Shown: positions 28,155 to 38,031 of the stretch, one piece after another | Layout of the letters: the number at the start of each line of letters is the position of its first letter | How positions within the stretch are numbered: the stretch's first letter is position 1 | Assembly (NCBI GenBank): GCA_016794365.1 | Contig: JAEUKB010000085.1 | Span: forward strand, 19,658 to 83,657 | Direction of reading: 5' to 3' | Length of the DNA stretch: 64,000 nucleotides | From: Myxococcales bacterium | GTDB taxonomy: Bacteria > Myxococcota_A > Polyangia > Palsa-1104 > JAEUJZ01 | The notes under the pieces: generated by a model | Told to the model about the DNA's origin: nothing | Database searches by the model: none | Seen by the model: the letters and a program-made list of their open reading frames with translations, nothing else | Position numbers and translations under genes: made by a program

Positions 28155-29336
28155 TTACGCAGAACGAGGCCAGGGCTTTAACACGGACTCTGTCTTTCGC
28201 CACTCCGCGATGGCTGCACGACGACTCGCCCGCTCTTGCGCAAGATGACTCTGTAGTGCAGCCGCAAGCTGAGGATGCGCGAACGCGTGCGCGCTATACG
28301 TCTCTGTCGGTTCAAAGCCGCGTGAGATCTTGTGCTCTCCGCCCGCGCCGCCTTCAAACACAGAGATTCCGCGCTCGATGCACGCGCTGATGCTGTGATA
28401 CAGACAGACATTGAAGTGCAGAAACGGGAATTCCTGAAGACAGCCCCAGTAGCGACCGAACAAGCGACCGCCCCCTGCGACGTTGAACGCACCCGCTACG
28501 ATCTGATCTTGATGCTTCGCGATCACCAGTTCCAGCGGCTGCGGGAGCTGCGAAAAGAGCTGCTGATAGAACGCCAGGTTCAGCCAGCGTCGCCCCCAGC
28601 GCAGCTTATCCACCGTCGAGCGATGCAGCGTAAACGCCAGCTCTGCATAGGAAGCCAGATCGCGCTGTAGCGTGTCATAACGCAGTGTTTGCAGGCTGAT
28701 TCCTTGCTCCCCCGGAGCCGCCATTTCCCGACGGATTGCGTTGCGCCGCTTGGAAGAGAAGCGCGCATAAAACTCATCGGCACTGCGGTAGCCGGGATTC
28801 ACAAAGTGATACTGAAAGTCGATCCGCTCTGTCAGTCCGTGCTGCGTAAACAGCGCGCTCTGCTCTGCCGTAGGAAACAGCGCTTGGATCGTCCCAAGTC
28901 CCAGCGTCTGCATCAGCTTCTGCGCAGCGAACATCAGCTGCGCGGCGATCTCTTGCTGGTCCGCTTCCGCAAGTCCCGGTGCAAACAGAATCCGACGACC
29001 CGTCACGGGCGTAAACGGAATCCCCAGCACCAGCTTTGGATAAAACGGAATCCGCGCCCGCTCTGCCGCAGCGGCCCAGTCCCAGTCGCGGCTGAAGTCT
29101 CCGTCACTTCCTTCCTTGATATACGCCGGAGCCACTGCGAGCCACTGTGAGCCACTGCGCACCACGAAGTGACACGGCGTCCAGCTTGTCTGCGGACAGA
29201 CACAGCCACTTTGTTCCAGCGCGGCCAAAAAGCGCCAGTCCAGAAACGGACTGTCCGTCGGTGCAAGCAGCGCATTCCAGCGCTCCAGCGGAAGCTCGGT
29301 GATTGCACGCGCGAAAGAGACCGACCGCTCGGACAT
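28155..29336 (-). CDS. GNAT-fold acyltransferase-like protein (DUF482 / COG3146 family)
   Basis: Overall resemblance to the roughly 380-aa DUF482 family, including FEGGAGGEHKISRGF and the YSAHAF region. Recalled from memory and not verified. Confidence 0.45.
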   Translation of the reverse strand: MSERSVSFARAITELPLERWNALLAPTDSPFLDWRFLAALEQSGCVCPQTSWTPCHFVVRSGSQWLAVAPAYIKEGSDGDFSRDWDWAAAAERARIPFYPKLVLGIPFTPVTGRRILFAPGLAEADQQEIAAQLMFAAQKLMQTLGLGTIQALFPTAEQSALFTQHGLTERIDFQYHFVNPGYRSADEFYARFSSKRRNAIRREMAAPGEQGISLQTLRYDTLQRDLASYAELAFTLHRSTVDKLRWGRRWLNLAFYQQLFSQLPQPLELVIAKHQDQIVAGAFNVAGGGRLFGRYWGCLQEFPFLHFNVCLYHSISACIERGISVFEGGAGGEHKISRGFEPTETYSAHAFAHPQLAAALQSHLAQERASRRAAIAEWRKTESVLKPWPRSA

Positions 29337-29345
29337 TAGATTCCC

Positions 29346-30482
29346 TTAGCGAAACGGCAGCGCCGGAGGCTGTCGGCGAGGTGCCGTAGCATCACCGCCC
29401 CCGACGCGCGTCGCACTGTTGTTGGTTACACAGCGCAGCAGCGCACGAATGGCTGCCACATCTTTGCGCGCACCAACCAGCTCAGTGGAAACAGAGGGCT
29501 CTGCATACAGCACAAAGTCATCGGATCCATCGACTACGTACGCACCATAGTCTTGCAGTGCTTGCGCCAAACGGAGCCCGCTCGCAGTAAGTCCCAGCGA
29601 CGACAAATCGACATCAACAGGAATCGATACGAGCTGTCCCATTGGGATCGCTCCTTTGTACCTGCTGCGCGCAGAGTCATCTACTTTGCTCGCGGGCCAC
29701 ACCGGATCACAGGAATCACTCGGTGTCGATCCAGAGACGATGCACTTCATCTGGGAATGAGGAATCGCCAGCGCGAGCGCATGACGAATGCCACTGCTCA
29801 GCTCTCCTTTGCGAATCAGTCCAGCGATGGCACTGCCACCGTATGCGCGCTCTCCCCCTTTGCCAATTCCGCTGTCTGTCAGCGAGTTGCGCGTATATCC
29901 AAACACATCAAATCCACCACTTGCGCGAGGCCGCGCGTGCCATGACTCATCGACGTACTGATGCTTGGGATCAATGATGTGAAGGTGCGCATCGGTGTTT
30001 CCGTAGTCGCACGCAGCGCTTCCCAAAAACGCTGGGAGAGCTGCTTTTGCCGTCGCTGGAATCCGAACATTGGGAATCGTCAGAGCCGGAGCGCCAAAGC
30101 AAGTCTGCTGATTCAAGCTGCTCAGCGGATCGGTGGACTTTGCGATGTAGACTGGATGACTCCACTCCTCTGCATTGATCGCGGCGCGCAGCTCTGCACC
30201 TGTGGTGGATAGATAGCGAAGCTGCTGACTGCACGCGCCACCGGCAGCTTCCCACGTCACTACACAAGAAAAAGGAGCCGTCGCCGCACAGGCAATCGGA
30301 GTATTCCACGGCGAGTCAGCGGAAAATGGCCACTTTGCCGGATCTCGCACCGTCGCAGGAAGCGCATCCCAGACCGCATCTTCATCGATCGCAGGTTCCG
30401 GTGAACAGCCCAGCCAGACAGAGACTCCCAAACCAAGTCCCAACGTCCACGGAAAAGACCTTCTACTTCGCAGTGCTGGCAT
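29346..30482 (-). CDS. Hypothetical lipoprotein
   Basis: MPALRSRRSFPWTLGLGLGVSVWLGCS lipobox. No recognisable domain. The start was chosen at the internal ATG that begins the signal peptide. Confidence 0.4.
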   Translation of the reverse strand: MPALRSRRSFPWTLGLGLGVSVWLGCSPEPAIDEDAVWDALPATVRDPAKWPFSADSPWNTPIACAATAPFSCVVTWEAAGGACSQQLRYLSTTGAELRAAINAEEWSHPVYIAKSTDPLSSLNQQTCFGAPALTIPNVRIPATAKAALPAFLGSAACDYGNTDAHLHIIDPKHQYVDESWHARPRASGGFDVFGYTRNSLTDSGIGKGGERAYGGSAIAGLIRKGELSSGIRHALALAIPHSQMKCIVSGSTPSDSCDPVWPASKVDDSARSRYKGAIPMGQLVSIPVDVDLSSLGLTASGLRLAQALQDYGAYVVDGSDDFVLYAEPSVSTELVGARKDVAAIRALLRCVTNNSATRVGGGDATAPRRQPPALPFR

Positions 30483-30665
30483 TCCCACTGTCATGATTTT
30501 TTCTATGGAATCTCTACAAGTCATTGTTTTTTTGGATGCATAGAGTTCATGTGTCAGCGCAGCCATGTTCGCATCCACGCTGATTCTGTCTTTCGCTTCG
30601 ATGTACGCGCGGGCTTTCGTTCCGTCTTCGCTTGTACGTTCGATTCTGGAGCAGCGTCCGTCGCA

Positions 30666-31283
30666 TCACAGCGGCAAGAAGCGATGCGGTCCCCCGATTC
30701 GTCTCTCTTCAAAAAAGCGCGTTGCCATCTGCAAGTGAAGGGAAAACGCAAAGTGAGGCTCCAGCCCTTGGGTTCCGAAGATCACGCCGCGCTCTGATAC
30801 CTCATGATTGGGCACAAAGGCAGGCAGCTCGCTCGCGCGCAGCGTCGGTCCCAGCGTAAACAGGAGCACTCTGTTTGGACGCGGCTCTGTGCTGGCAAAG
30901 TGATACGGAATCAGCTTGCTTGGATCGATGACAATGCCTGCTTCTTCGCGCACTTCACGCGCGGCTCCGTACTGCCACGACTCAAACTCTTCGACGAAGC
31001 CGCCAACCAGTGCGAGCCTGCCAAGCTGTGGCTCAATCGCGCGGCGCACCACCAAGAGCCCGGTCTGTTCTCCCACAGTCACCGGAAGCAGCACCAGCGC
31101 CACCGGGATCGGATTGGCGTACACCTCCGCACCGCAGCTTGGATTTTGACACTTGCGCGGATAGCGCAGCGGCCTCGCAAACTCACGTCCACAGTACGAA
31201 CAAAAGGAGTCTCTGGGATTTCGCATTGGCTGTCTCTCCACCGATTCCAAGAGCGGCCATTTCATCCATCGGTCAATGAACAT
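30666..31283 (-). CDS. NUDIX hydrolase with an N-terminal zinc-ribbon
   Basis: CSYCGREF...CQNPSCGAE (four Cys ribbon), and a Nudix box GGFVEEFESWQYGAAREVREEAGI matching Gx5Ex7REUxEExGU. Confidence 0.7.
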   Translation of the reverse strand: MFIDRWMKWPLLESVERQPMRNPRDSFCSYCGREFARPLRYPRKCQNPSCGAEVYANPIPVALVLLPVTVGEQTGLLVVRRAIEPQLGRLALVGGFVEEFESWQYGAAREVREEAGIVIDPSKLIPYHFASTEPRPNRVLLFTLGPTLRASELPAFVPNHEVSERGVIFGTQGLEPHFAFSLHLQMATRFFEERRIGGPHRFLPL

Positions 31284-31442
31284 CCATCGCCGACTGTTTC
31301 ATCTTCTTCGACTTGGCCAGTGAAAGGCAAAAGGCTTGCGGCACGCGCTCAAGTGATGAGGCAGACGCCCAGCGAAACCAGACCGACTGATTCGCTGGAT
31401 TCATCGCGTGTCGCGAAAATTGCGTGTCGCGAAAAAGGACCG

Positions 31443-34160
31443 CTACTTCTTTTCGGAAGGATTGTCGGTGTCGGGAGAAGGAGTCTGGCCAGAAGAGATG
31501 ATCTCATCGATCTGGTTCCACTCCGAAGTCGCGGCGCGCGCCCAGCCGTCGGACACTTGGCTCGGAGAGATCGTTGACTCTTGCACCGGAACCTGCGCAG
31601 CACCCGCCGGAGACTCAGCCACGCGGCTCTGCACTTCTTTGCGAGACTCTTCTTCGTCGCTCGCTTCGTGCTCTGCCTGAAGCTGAGCCAGCAGCGCACC
31701 GAGCGGCAGCTTGTTTTCAAACTTCGGTCCATCGACCGGCTGCGGCGGCAGTTCCACGTTGCGACCCGCTTGGAACACCTTGTCGCACGCCGCACGGAAC
31801 CGCTTCCACAGCGCTTCCTGCTCTTTGCGCGGAGCCGGGCCAATCCGTCGCCACTCTGCCATCAGCTGCTTCAGCTCTGCCTCGGCGGTGTCTTGCGCAA
31901 TGTCTTCGCGATTCGCCAGCTCTTCGGCCTTTTGACAGACCTCTTCCTTCTTCTTTTGGTTGCCCGCTCGCTCTTGATCGAGCTTGTCGAACATTCCCTT
32001 GCGACGCTCGAAGAAGGCATCACAGCCTTTGCGGAACCGCTGCCACAGTGCGTCGTTGTGCTCCTTGGGTGCCGGACCGACGAGCTTCCACTCTGCTTGG
32101 AACTTCTTAATCAGCTCTGCGGACGACTTAAAGTCGGTGGACATCACCAGGCGCTCGACGCGAATGCACAGCTCTTCTTTTTTGCGCTGGTTGTCTTCGC
32201 GATCGGCATTCACTTCGACCAGATGTGCTTTGCGCTTGTCAAAGAACACATCACACGCCGCACGGAACCGCTTCCACAGCGCGTCTCCCTCGGCCCGCGA
32301 CGCATGAGGCACAGGCCCAAGCTGCTTCCAATCCGCCTGCCAGCCTTTGACCTGATCCGACGCAGCCTTAAAGTCCGAGATCTCGGTCAGTCCTTCGATC
32401 TTTTGGATCAGCTCTTCGCGCGCTTTCAGGTTCTCTGCACGCTCTGCTTCCCCGGCGCTGCGCACCTTTTCGTAGACCAGATCCGCCGTGGACTTGAAGC
32501 GCTGCCACAGCGCCTCCGATTTCTCTTTCGGAGCAGGCCCCACCGCCTTCCACTCCGTCTGAAGCTTCTTCAAATGATCGGCTGCCGCTTGCGGATCGAT
32601 ATCGAGATCGCTCTGCACCACTTGCAGCAGCTCTTCGACCTGCGCACACAGCGACTCCAGCTTCGGGACATTGGCAAAGCGCTCCCAGTCTTTCTGCTCA
32701 CGCAGCGCTTGCACCCGAATCACCAGCTTGCTGCGCGCTTCGTCGTAGCGCTGACGAGCCTGGCGTCGCTTCTCTTGCGGCAGCGAGGTCAGCGTCATCA
32801 CCGCCTCTTGCGCTTCTTTGAGCGCCTGCTCTGCCTGCTTGAGCGCCAGGTCTTCTTGCTCCGAAAGCTTCATCAGCTTGTCCGACAGGGCTTGCAGCTT
32901 TTCAAGGTTCTTTTCCAGTCCCTCGACGCGCTGCTTCTCTCGCTCGTGACGCTGCTCGCTGTCTTTGGCCAGCTCCGCATCTCGCTCTGCCTGACGAGCC
33001 CGCTGGATCGTGTCGCGCTTGCTCTGCTGCTCGGCGCGCTGCTTGTCTTGCTCGGCCCGACGCTCTGCCCAGATCCGCTTCTGCTCTTCGTCGCGCGCTT
33101 CCTGCTCACGACGCTTCTGCTCGGCAACTTCTTTGGCTTCCGCTTCTGCTTTTTCCAGCTGAGCCATCCGCTCAAGCAGCGCCTGCGCCGTCGGATTCAC
33201 CGACTGAGCCACTTGTCCCGCACTGCGCGCTGCCTGTTTTTTGGCAAACACTTCGCGGCGCTCCGTGTAGCGCGAGGCCGCTCGCTCAAAGCGCTTGGAC
33301 ACCGCATGCGACGACGGCAAAGGAGGAAGCTCGGACCAGCGCTTGCGCAGGCCAGCCAAAAATGACTCTGCATCTTCAAAGTCATCCGTCTTCGCCGCAG
33401 CTTCCAACCGACGACAGAGATCTTCACGCTCGGCTGCCGACGGATCCGAAGCGGGACTGGCCGCCGGAGTCTTGTGAACCGCCGCAGCTTTGCTCGTCGC
33501 AGGCTTGGTCACTTTCGGCGCTGCTGTTCCTTGCGGCAGACGCTCTTCCGCAGCAGTCCGCAACACCTTTAGCTTGGCCCGCGTTGCCACCATACGAAGC
33601 TGGGTTTCCGTCGAGACTCGTCCCAGCGCTTCCAGCAGCAGCTCCTTGGGTCCGTCGCTGCTCGCCAGATCTGCCAGCACTTCTTCGCTACGAATCGAGG
33701 CCAGCGCTTGCTTGCGCAGCTTGCTGTCTTTGGCTTTGCGCACCACTTCCGACAGCAGCTTGTCATCGCGCAGACGCTCAAGTGCCGCTTGCTGGACCGC
33801 TTCAAACGACGACCGACAGACCACATCGACCAGCGCTTTTGGCGACGACAAGTGAGCGACCGCGCCCAGGCTCTCCGATTCATCTTCATCGGATAGCGCC
33901 GTCGATAACAGCAGCTCACTGCGCTTGTCCGCCGCATCGCGACGCAGCGACTCATCCGGATCGTGCTCCGCAACTTCTTCGAGCAAGGCCGGATCGCTGA
34001 TCTTTTTGAGCGCCAGCCGTCGCACCCGCGCGTCCTTGTCCCGCCGCACAACCTGTCCCAGCTCTATCACATCCTCGGGAGTCAGGCTCTTGACGGCATC
34101 AATGCGAATGGCCGGGTCGCTGTGCTTCCAGCGAGGACGAAAAAGGTCAAAGAATCCCAT
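31443..34160 (-). CDS. DUF349 domain-containing protein (multiple WK..GP.P......LW.RF...CD.FF repeats) with a HEAT-like N-terminus
   Basis: At least six repeats of the type EWKAVGPAPKEKSEALWQRFKSTAD, DWKQLGPVPHASRAEGDALWKRFRAACDVFFDKR, EWKLVGPAPKEHNDALWQRFRKGCDAFFERR and EWRRIGPAPRKEQEALWKRFRAACDKVF. Confidence 0.7.
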   Translation of the reverse strand: MGFFDLFRPRWKHSDPAIRIDAVKSLTPEDVIELGQVVRRDKDARVRRLALKKISDPALLEEVAEHDPDESLRRDAADKRSELLLSTALSDEDESESLGAVAHLSSPKALVDVVCRSSFEAVQQAALERLRDDKLLSEVVRKAKDSKLRKQALASIRSEEVLADLASSDGPKELLLEALGRVSTETQLRMVATRAKLKVLRTAAEERLPQGTAAPKVTKPATSKAAAVHKTPAASPASDPSAAEREDLCRRLEAAAKTDDFEDAESFLAGLRKRWSELPPLPSSHAVSKRFERAASRYTERREVFAKKQAARSAGQVAQSVNPTAQALLERMAQLEKAEAEAKEVAEQKRREQEARDEEQKRIWAERRAEQDKQRAEQQSKRDTIQRARQAERDAELAKDSEQRHEREKQRVEGLEKNLEKLQALSDKLMKLSEQEDLALKQAEQALKEAQEAVMTLTSLPQEKRRQARQRYDEARSKLVIRVQALREQKDWERFANVPKLESLCAQVEELLQVVQSDLDIDPQAAADHLKKLQTEWKAVGPAPKEKSEALWQRFKSTADLVYEKVRSAGEAERAENLKAREELIQKIEGLTEISDFKAASDQVKGWQADWKQLGPVPHASRAEGDALWKRFRAACDVFFDKRKAHLVEVNADREDNQRKKEELCIRVERLVMSTDFKSSAELIKKFQAEWKLVGPAPKEHNDALWQRFRKGCDAFFERRKGMFDKLDQERAGNQKKKEEVCQKAEELANREDIAQDTAEAELKQLMAEWRRIGPAPRKEQEALWKRFRAACDKVFQAGRNVELPPQPVDGPKFENKLPLGALLAQLQAEHEASDEEESRKEVQSRVAESPAGAAQVPVQESTISPSQVSDGWARAATSEWNQIDEIISSGQTPSPDTDNPSEKK

Positions 34161-34334
34161 CGTTTAGCGCTCCATAAACCAGGACGGAAAATATACACGA
34201 TTCTCGCCCGCGCTCAGGAAGTCGCTGTCGCGACAAATCAAAAACACCTACTTGTGCTGCGGCTAGGGAAACGTCGGCTCGCTTGGTATATGATGAGGCC
34301 ACTTCGCCAAGCCTTCGAAGGACCGATCTGTCCC

Positions 34335-35099
34335 ATGCGTTCACTACTGCTTTCGACGCTGTTCTGTGCCCTGCTGCTGCAAACTGGCTGTAAACCCAGC
34401 TACCCAAACTGCGAGGCAGACAACGACTGCCCTGGTCACGCCGACGGACGTGAGTGGTGCGTCAACGGCAAATGTCAAGCCTGTCGTCCGACGGGAAACG
34501 ACTGCGGCCCCGGCCAAGCCTGCAATAACGGTCGCTGCGAAGCGGTCCCCGGCTGGTGCGGCAAGCACAGCGATTGTCCGTCGGGTTTGTGTGAGCAGAA
34601 TCGCTGCGTGGCCTGCAAAAACGACAGCGGCTGTCCCGCCGGAGGTCGCTGTAACGCCGGTCGCTGCGAGCAAGACAACCGCAAGCCATGTAAGACCAGC
34701 GACGAGTGTGCCGAGACGGAAGACTGCGTCGCGGGTCGCTGCACTCCCGTCGGAGGCAAGCGCTATGCCGCCGATCAGTGTACGCTGCAAACCGTCTACT
34801 TCAGCAGCGATCAATACGATCTATCGCCAGCCAACACGCCGGTTGTCGATACAAACGCTGAGTGCATCAAGAAAGTGGGCAAGCCCGTCAACATCGTCGG
34901 CTACACCGACCCACGCGGCACCATCGAGTACAACCTGTCGCTGTCTGAAAAGCGCGCCCAAGCCGTCAAGCGTCGGCTGCAAAACCTGGGCGTTGCGGAA
35001 AACAACCTGGCGACGGTGCCGCGCGGAGAGCTAGACGCCACCGGAATGGACGAATCGAGCTGGGAAAAAGACCGTCGCGTGGAGGTAATGTTCCGATGA
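34335..35099 (+). CDS. OmpA-family peptidoglycan-associated lipoprotein (Pal-like) with a Cys-rich repeat linker
   Basis: MRSLLLSTLFCALLLQTGC lipobox, and a Cys-rich region with repeated C..G.C.....C motifs. The C-terminal OmpA domain shows NIVGYTDPRGTIEYNLSLSEKRAQAV...RRVEV. Confidence 0.75.
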   Translation: MRSLLLSTLFCALLLQTGCKPSYPNCEADNDCPGHADGREWCVNGKCQACRPTGNDCGPGQACNNGRCEAVPGWCGKHSDCPSGLCEQNRCVACKNDSGCPAGGRCNAGRCEQDNRKPCKTSDECAETEDCVAGRCTPVGGKRYAADQCTLQTVYFSSDQYDLSPANTPVVDTNAECIKKVGKPVNIVGYTDPRGTIEYNLSLSEKRAQAVKRRLQNLGVAENNLATVPRGELDATGMDESSWEKDRRVEVMFR

Positions 35100-35899
35100 C
35101 AAGGAAAGTGGTGCTGCTCGCGCTGGGTCTGCTCGCTTCTTGCGTGACCACCGACGAAGGTCGGCGTATGCAGGAACAGATCCTGGAGCTTCAGCAGCGC
35201 TCGCTCAAAAACGAGCTGGGCGGGGTCGAGCTAAAAAATGAAATGCAAAAGCAGGCCGACGATCTGCGCAAGCTGCTCGATGAAGCAAAGCGTCTGACGG
35301 TCAGCCTGGCCGATGCGTCCCAAAAAGCCGAGCGTGTGCAGCTAGATATTATGCAAGTGCAAGGCAAGTTTGATGACATCCAAAAGCAGCTGGATGGACT
35401 TCAGCGTAGCTTTTCGGATTATCGCAATCAGTCAGACAGCAAGCTGGGTCAAATCAGCAGCACACTGTCTAAAAATCCACCAATTCCCGAAAGTCCAGAC
35501 GCGCTCTTTACAGAGGCACAAAGCCATTATCAAGCAGGCCGTTATGCGGAAGCGAGATATATGCTAGATGCCTTCATTGCGCGATATACCAGCGACGGAC
35601 GAGCAGCGCGGGCACAGGCCATGATCGGTGACTCTCACTACGCGGAAGGAAAGTATCGATACGCGATTTATGCGTATACGAAAATCCTAGACAACTTCCC
35701 GCGCAGTGAAGAAGTTGAGACTGCCATTTTTAAAAATGGTCAGTCGTTCTTGCAGCTCAAATACTGCAAAGAAGCCAAAGCGTATTTCGATCAGTTCCTC
35801 AGTCGCTATCCGAAAAGCAAATTCCGCAGTGAAGTCAACGAGCGGCTGAAGGAAATCTCGCAAAAGTCCAAAGACCGAAACGCGTGTACGACCTCGTAA
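35096..35899 (+). CDS. CpoB/YbgF-like Tol-Pal-associated protein (coiled coil plus TPR); its start overlaps the stop of the Pal-like gene
   Basis: Signal/lipo N-terminus, a long coiled-coil (QEQILELQQRSLKNE...), and a C-terminal TPR-like YQAGRYAEA...YAEGKYRYAIYAY. It shares a 4-nt overlap (ATGA) with the upstream OmpA gene. GC is lower than in the surroundings. Confidence 0.5.
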   Translation: MTRKVVLLALGLLASCVTTDEGRRMQEQILELQQRSLKNELGGVELKNEMQKQADDLRKLLDEAKRLTVSLADASQKAERVQLDIMQVQGKFDDIQKQLDGLQRSFSDYRNQSDSKLGQISSTLSKNPPIPESPDALFTEAQSHYQAGRYAEARYMLDAFIARYTSDGRAARAQAMIGDSHYAEGKYRYAIYAYTKILDNFPRSEEVETAIFKNGQSFLQLKYCKEAKAYFDQFLSRYPKSKFRSEVNERLKEISQKSKDRNACTTS

Positions 35900-36014
35900 C
35901 TGAAACGCGCTCGGTTTTTCTTGTCGGACGAACAACGAAGCCAAACGGTGTCCGCGCTAGGTTTTGTTCGGCGTTCTAACAAACTGGCGATGAATTGCCG
36001 TAGGATGGCCGCCC

Positions 36015-37778
36015 ATGTCGCAAGTCGGTCCAGGTCCTGCTTCTGGCGCTTCCTATCGAGGGGAGTTTCCCGTCGCATTTGGCCGATACTTGCTGCTCAA
36101 GCGACTGTCGCGCGGCGGTATGGGCGAAATCTTTTTGGCCAAGGTCGGTGAGATCCAAGGCTTTGAAAAGTTCGTCATCATCAAAAAAATCCTGCCGCAG
36201 CTCGCAGCCAACGATGACTTCATCACGCGCTTTATCGACGAGGCGCAGGTTGCAATCAAGCTCAACCACGTCAACATTGCGCAGGTCTTTGAAGTCGGTC
36301 GCGTCGATGGCGAATACTTCTTGGCGATCGAGTTCATCGACGGTCGCGATCTGCGCAGGCTGCTCCGTCGCTGTCGAGAAACAGGTACGCGGCTGCCGAT
36401 CGATCTGTGTGTGTTCATTGCACGCGATCTAGCAGCGGGTCTGGCCTATGCGCACCGTCGGACAGTTGCCAAAGGTCAGGCGCTCGCGCTGGTTCACTGT
36501 GACATCTCGCCGCCGAACGTGATGGTGTCGTATGAAGGTGAGGTCAAGATCATCGACTTTGGCATCGCGCGCTCGGCACTTCGCACCGCCGACAGCAACC
36601 CGAACATCGGCTTCGGCAAGTTCGGCTACATGGCCCCCGAGCAGCTCATTCGCGGCGGCGTCATCGACCGACGGACCGACATCTATGCAGCGGGCGTGGT
36701 GCTGTATGAGCTGTTGACCGGCGAGCGGCTGTATCAGTTTCCCGAGGGAACCGACTATCGACAGATGGCGCGCACGGTCTGTCAGGGCAACTACCTGGCT
36801 CCGTCGCTGCGTGACAGTCGGCTGGATGCATCGATGGATGCGATCTTGGCCAAGGCGCTGGCGGTCAAGCAGGAAGATCGATATCAGACGGCGGAAGACT
36901 TTCGCGATGCGCTCCAGCACAAGCTGTCGTCGCTGAATCCGACCATCTCGGCGGACCGACTGGCGCGCGTGATGGATGAGCTGTTTTCGACGGAACGGCA
37001 GACAGAATCGGACGAGCTGGCGCAGATGCGCGCGGTCGATTCGTCGGCTTACAAAGAAGAGCTCGGCGACGCCAAGAGCCACACCGTGACCTTTGCGCGG
37101 GCGCTCGAAGCGGGAATGGCCGCCGCCGATGCGACGACGGTCACGCCACAGCTCGACGAAGAAGCCAAGACGACAATGGTTCCGTCGGGACGGATCGAAA
37201 GCAGCGAAGCGGCTGCGGGCTCGCTCAGCCTGACGCCGAGCTATTCGCAGACCTCGGCGCAGCGCAAGCTGTGGGGACTGCCGCTGCTGCTCGGTGCGCT
37301 GGCGTTTGGCTTGGTGATGCTGCTGGGGCTGATCATGTGGCCGCGTGCGCCCGTCGATGCTCCGCCGAAGCAGACGAACCAGCCAGCGCCAAGTAGGCCT
37401 GTCGTCGAAGCGCTCCCGAACCCGACACCGACGCCAGATCTTGCGCTGCCGCCGAGCCCGCCGATCGAGCCCATGAAGCCACCGACGGAAGTACCCAAGC
37501 CAGCGCCGATTCGCAAGCCGACGACGAAGCCGGTGACAACGCAGCCGAGGCCGATCAAAGAGCCGATCGCGCCGGAAGCGGTGGATCGCAAGTTTCAGCA
37601 GGTCCGCGCCGAGTATCTGGACTTTAAGCGCAACTTCGGTGCGCGCCTGGAAGAGAGCTGGCAGCAGATCCTATCCGACATCGCGCTGGGACGACGCGAT
37701 CAGCGGGTGTGGGATGCACTGGATGCGCTGCGCAAAGAGATGAAGTCGGTCCGCGAGACGAGCGCCAAGCAAAAGTAG
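36015..37778 (+). CDS. Ser/Thr protein kinase-like protein with an atypical catalytic loop (HCDISPPN) and a C-terminal TM plus Pro-rich region
   Basis: RGGMGEIFLAKV, VIIKKI, VHCDISPPNVMV (HRD becomes HCD and LKP becomes ISP), IIDFGIAR and GYMAPEQ. TM helix LWGLPLLLGALAFGLVMLLGLIMW is followed by a Pro-rich segment. Confidence 0.8.
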   Translation: MSQVGPGPASGASYRGEFPVAFGRYLLLKRLSRGGMGEIFLAKVGEIQGFEKFVIIKKILPQLAANDDFITRFIDEAQVAIKLNHVNIAQVFEVGRVDGEYFLAIEFIDGRDLRRLLRRCRETGTRLPIDLCVFIARDLAAGLAYAHRRTVAKGQALALVHCDISPPNVMVSYEGEVKIIDFGIARSALRTADSNPNIGFGKFGYMAPEQLIRGGVIDRRTDIYAAGVVLYELLTGERLYQFPEGTDYRQMARTVCQGNYLAPSLRDSRLDASMDAILAKALAVKQEDRYQTAEDFRDALQHKLSSLNPTISADRLARVMDELFSTERQTESDELAQMRAVDSSAYKEELGDAKSHTVTFARALEAGMAAADATTVTPQLDEEAKTTMVPSGRIESSEAAAGSLSLTPSYSQTSAQRKLWGLPLLLGALAFGLVMLLGLIMWPRAPVDAPPKQTNQPAPSRPVVEALPNPTPTPDLALPPSPPIEPMKPPTEVPKPAPIRKPTTKPVTTQPRPIKEPIAPEAVDRKFQQVRAEYLDFKRNFGARLEESWQQILSDIALGRRDQRVWDALDALRKEMKSVRETSAKQK

Positions 37779-37796
37779 CCGTCGCAAGGCTGCAAG

Positions 37797-37926
37797 CCGA
37801 TAAGAGGCATTTTAGATGACTCTTATCTGAAATATGAAGCAGATTTGATGCCTCTTATTTTCAATATGAAGCATTTCGGATGACTCATATTTTAAATATG
37901 AAGCAGATGGGATGCTTCATATTCAC
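37797..37926. repeat. Three tandem AT-rich hairpin units of about 32 bp each (core aatatgaagcaNNN...tgcttcatatt) between convergent genes
   Basis: Units: tgaaatatgaagcagatttgatgcctcttatt, ttcaatatgaagcatttcggatgactcatatt and ttaaatatgaagcagatgggatgcttcatatt, plus an upstream palindrome gataagag...ctcttatc. They share the caatatga core with the repeat at 27961. Confidence 0.8.
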
Positions 37927-38031
37927 CTGCTTTGACGGAGCGTGTAGTGGGTGCGAACGGTCAAGGAAGGGCTGTGATCAGAGCGTCCGCAGGGTCGATA
38001 AGCGCTGCGCTGCGGACACTCAACAGAGAGA

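Noticed and set aside
29131-29160. 10-bp x3 tandem repeat gccactg[c/t]ga inside the GNAT/DUF482 gene
   Set aside because: It is in coding sequence (encoding SGSQWLAVA) and the period is not a multiple of three, so slippage would break the frame. It is likely a chance repeat.
31581-33365. 594-aa plus-strand ORF (and several shorter ones) antisense to the DUF349 gene
   Set aside because: The minus-strand frame carries the repeated DUF349 signature (WKxxGPxP...LWxRF...CDxFF). The antisense frame is Leu/Arg-rich low-complexity sequence typical of GC-rich antisense reading, with no motifs.
37797-37926. Possible CRISPR array (regularly spaced ~32-bp repeats)
   Set aside because: Only three units, directly abutting with no unique spacers. 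The units differ in their loop sequences and no cas genes are nearby. They are better explained as tandem terminator hairpins or a small repeat family.
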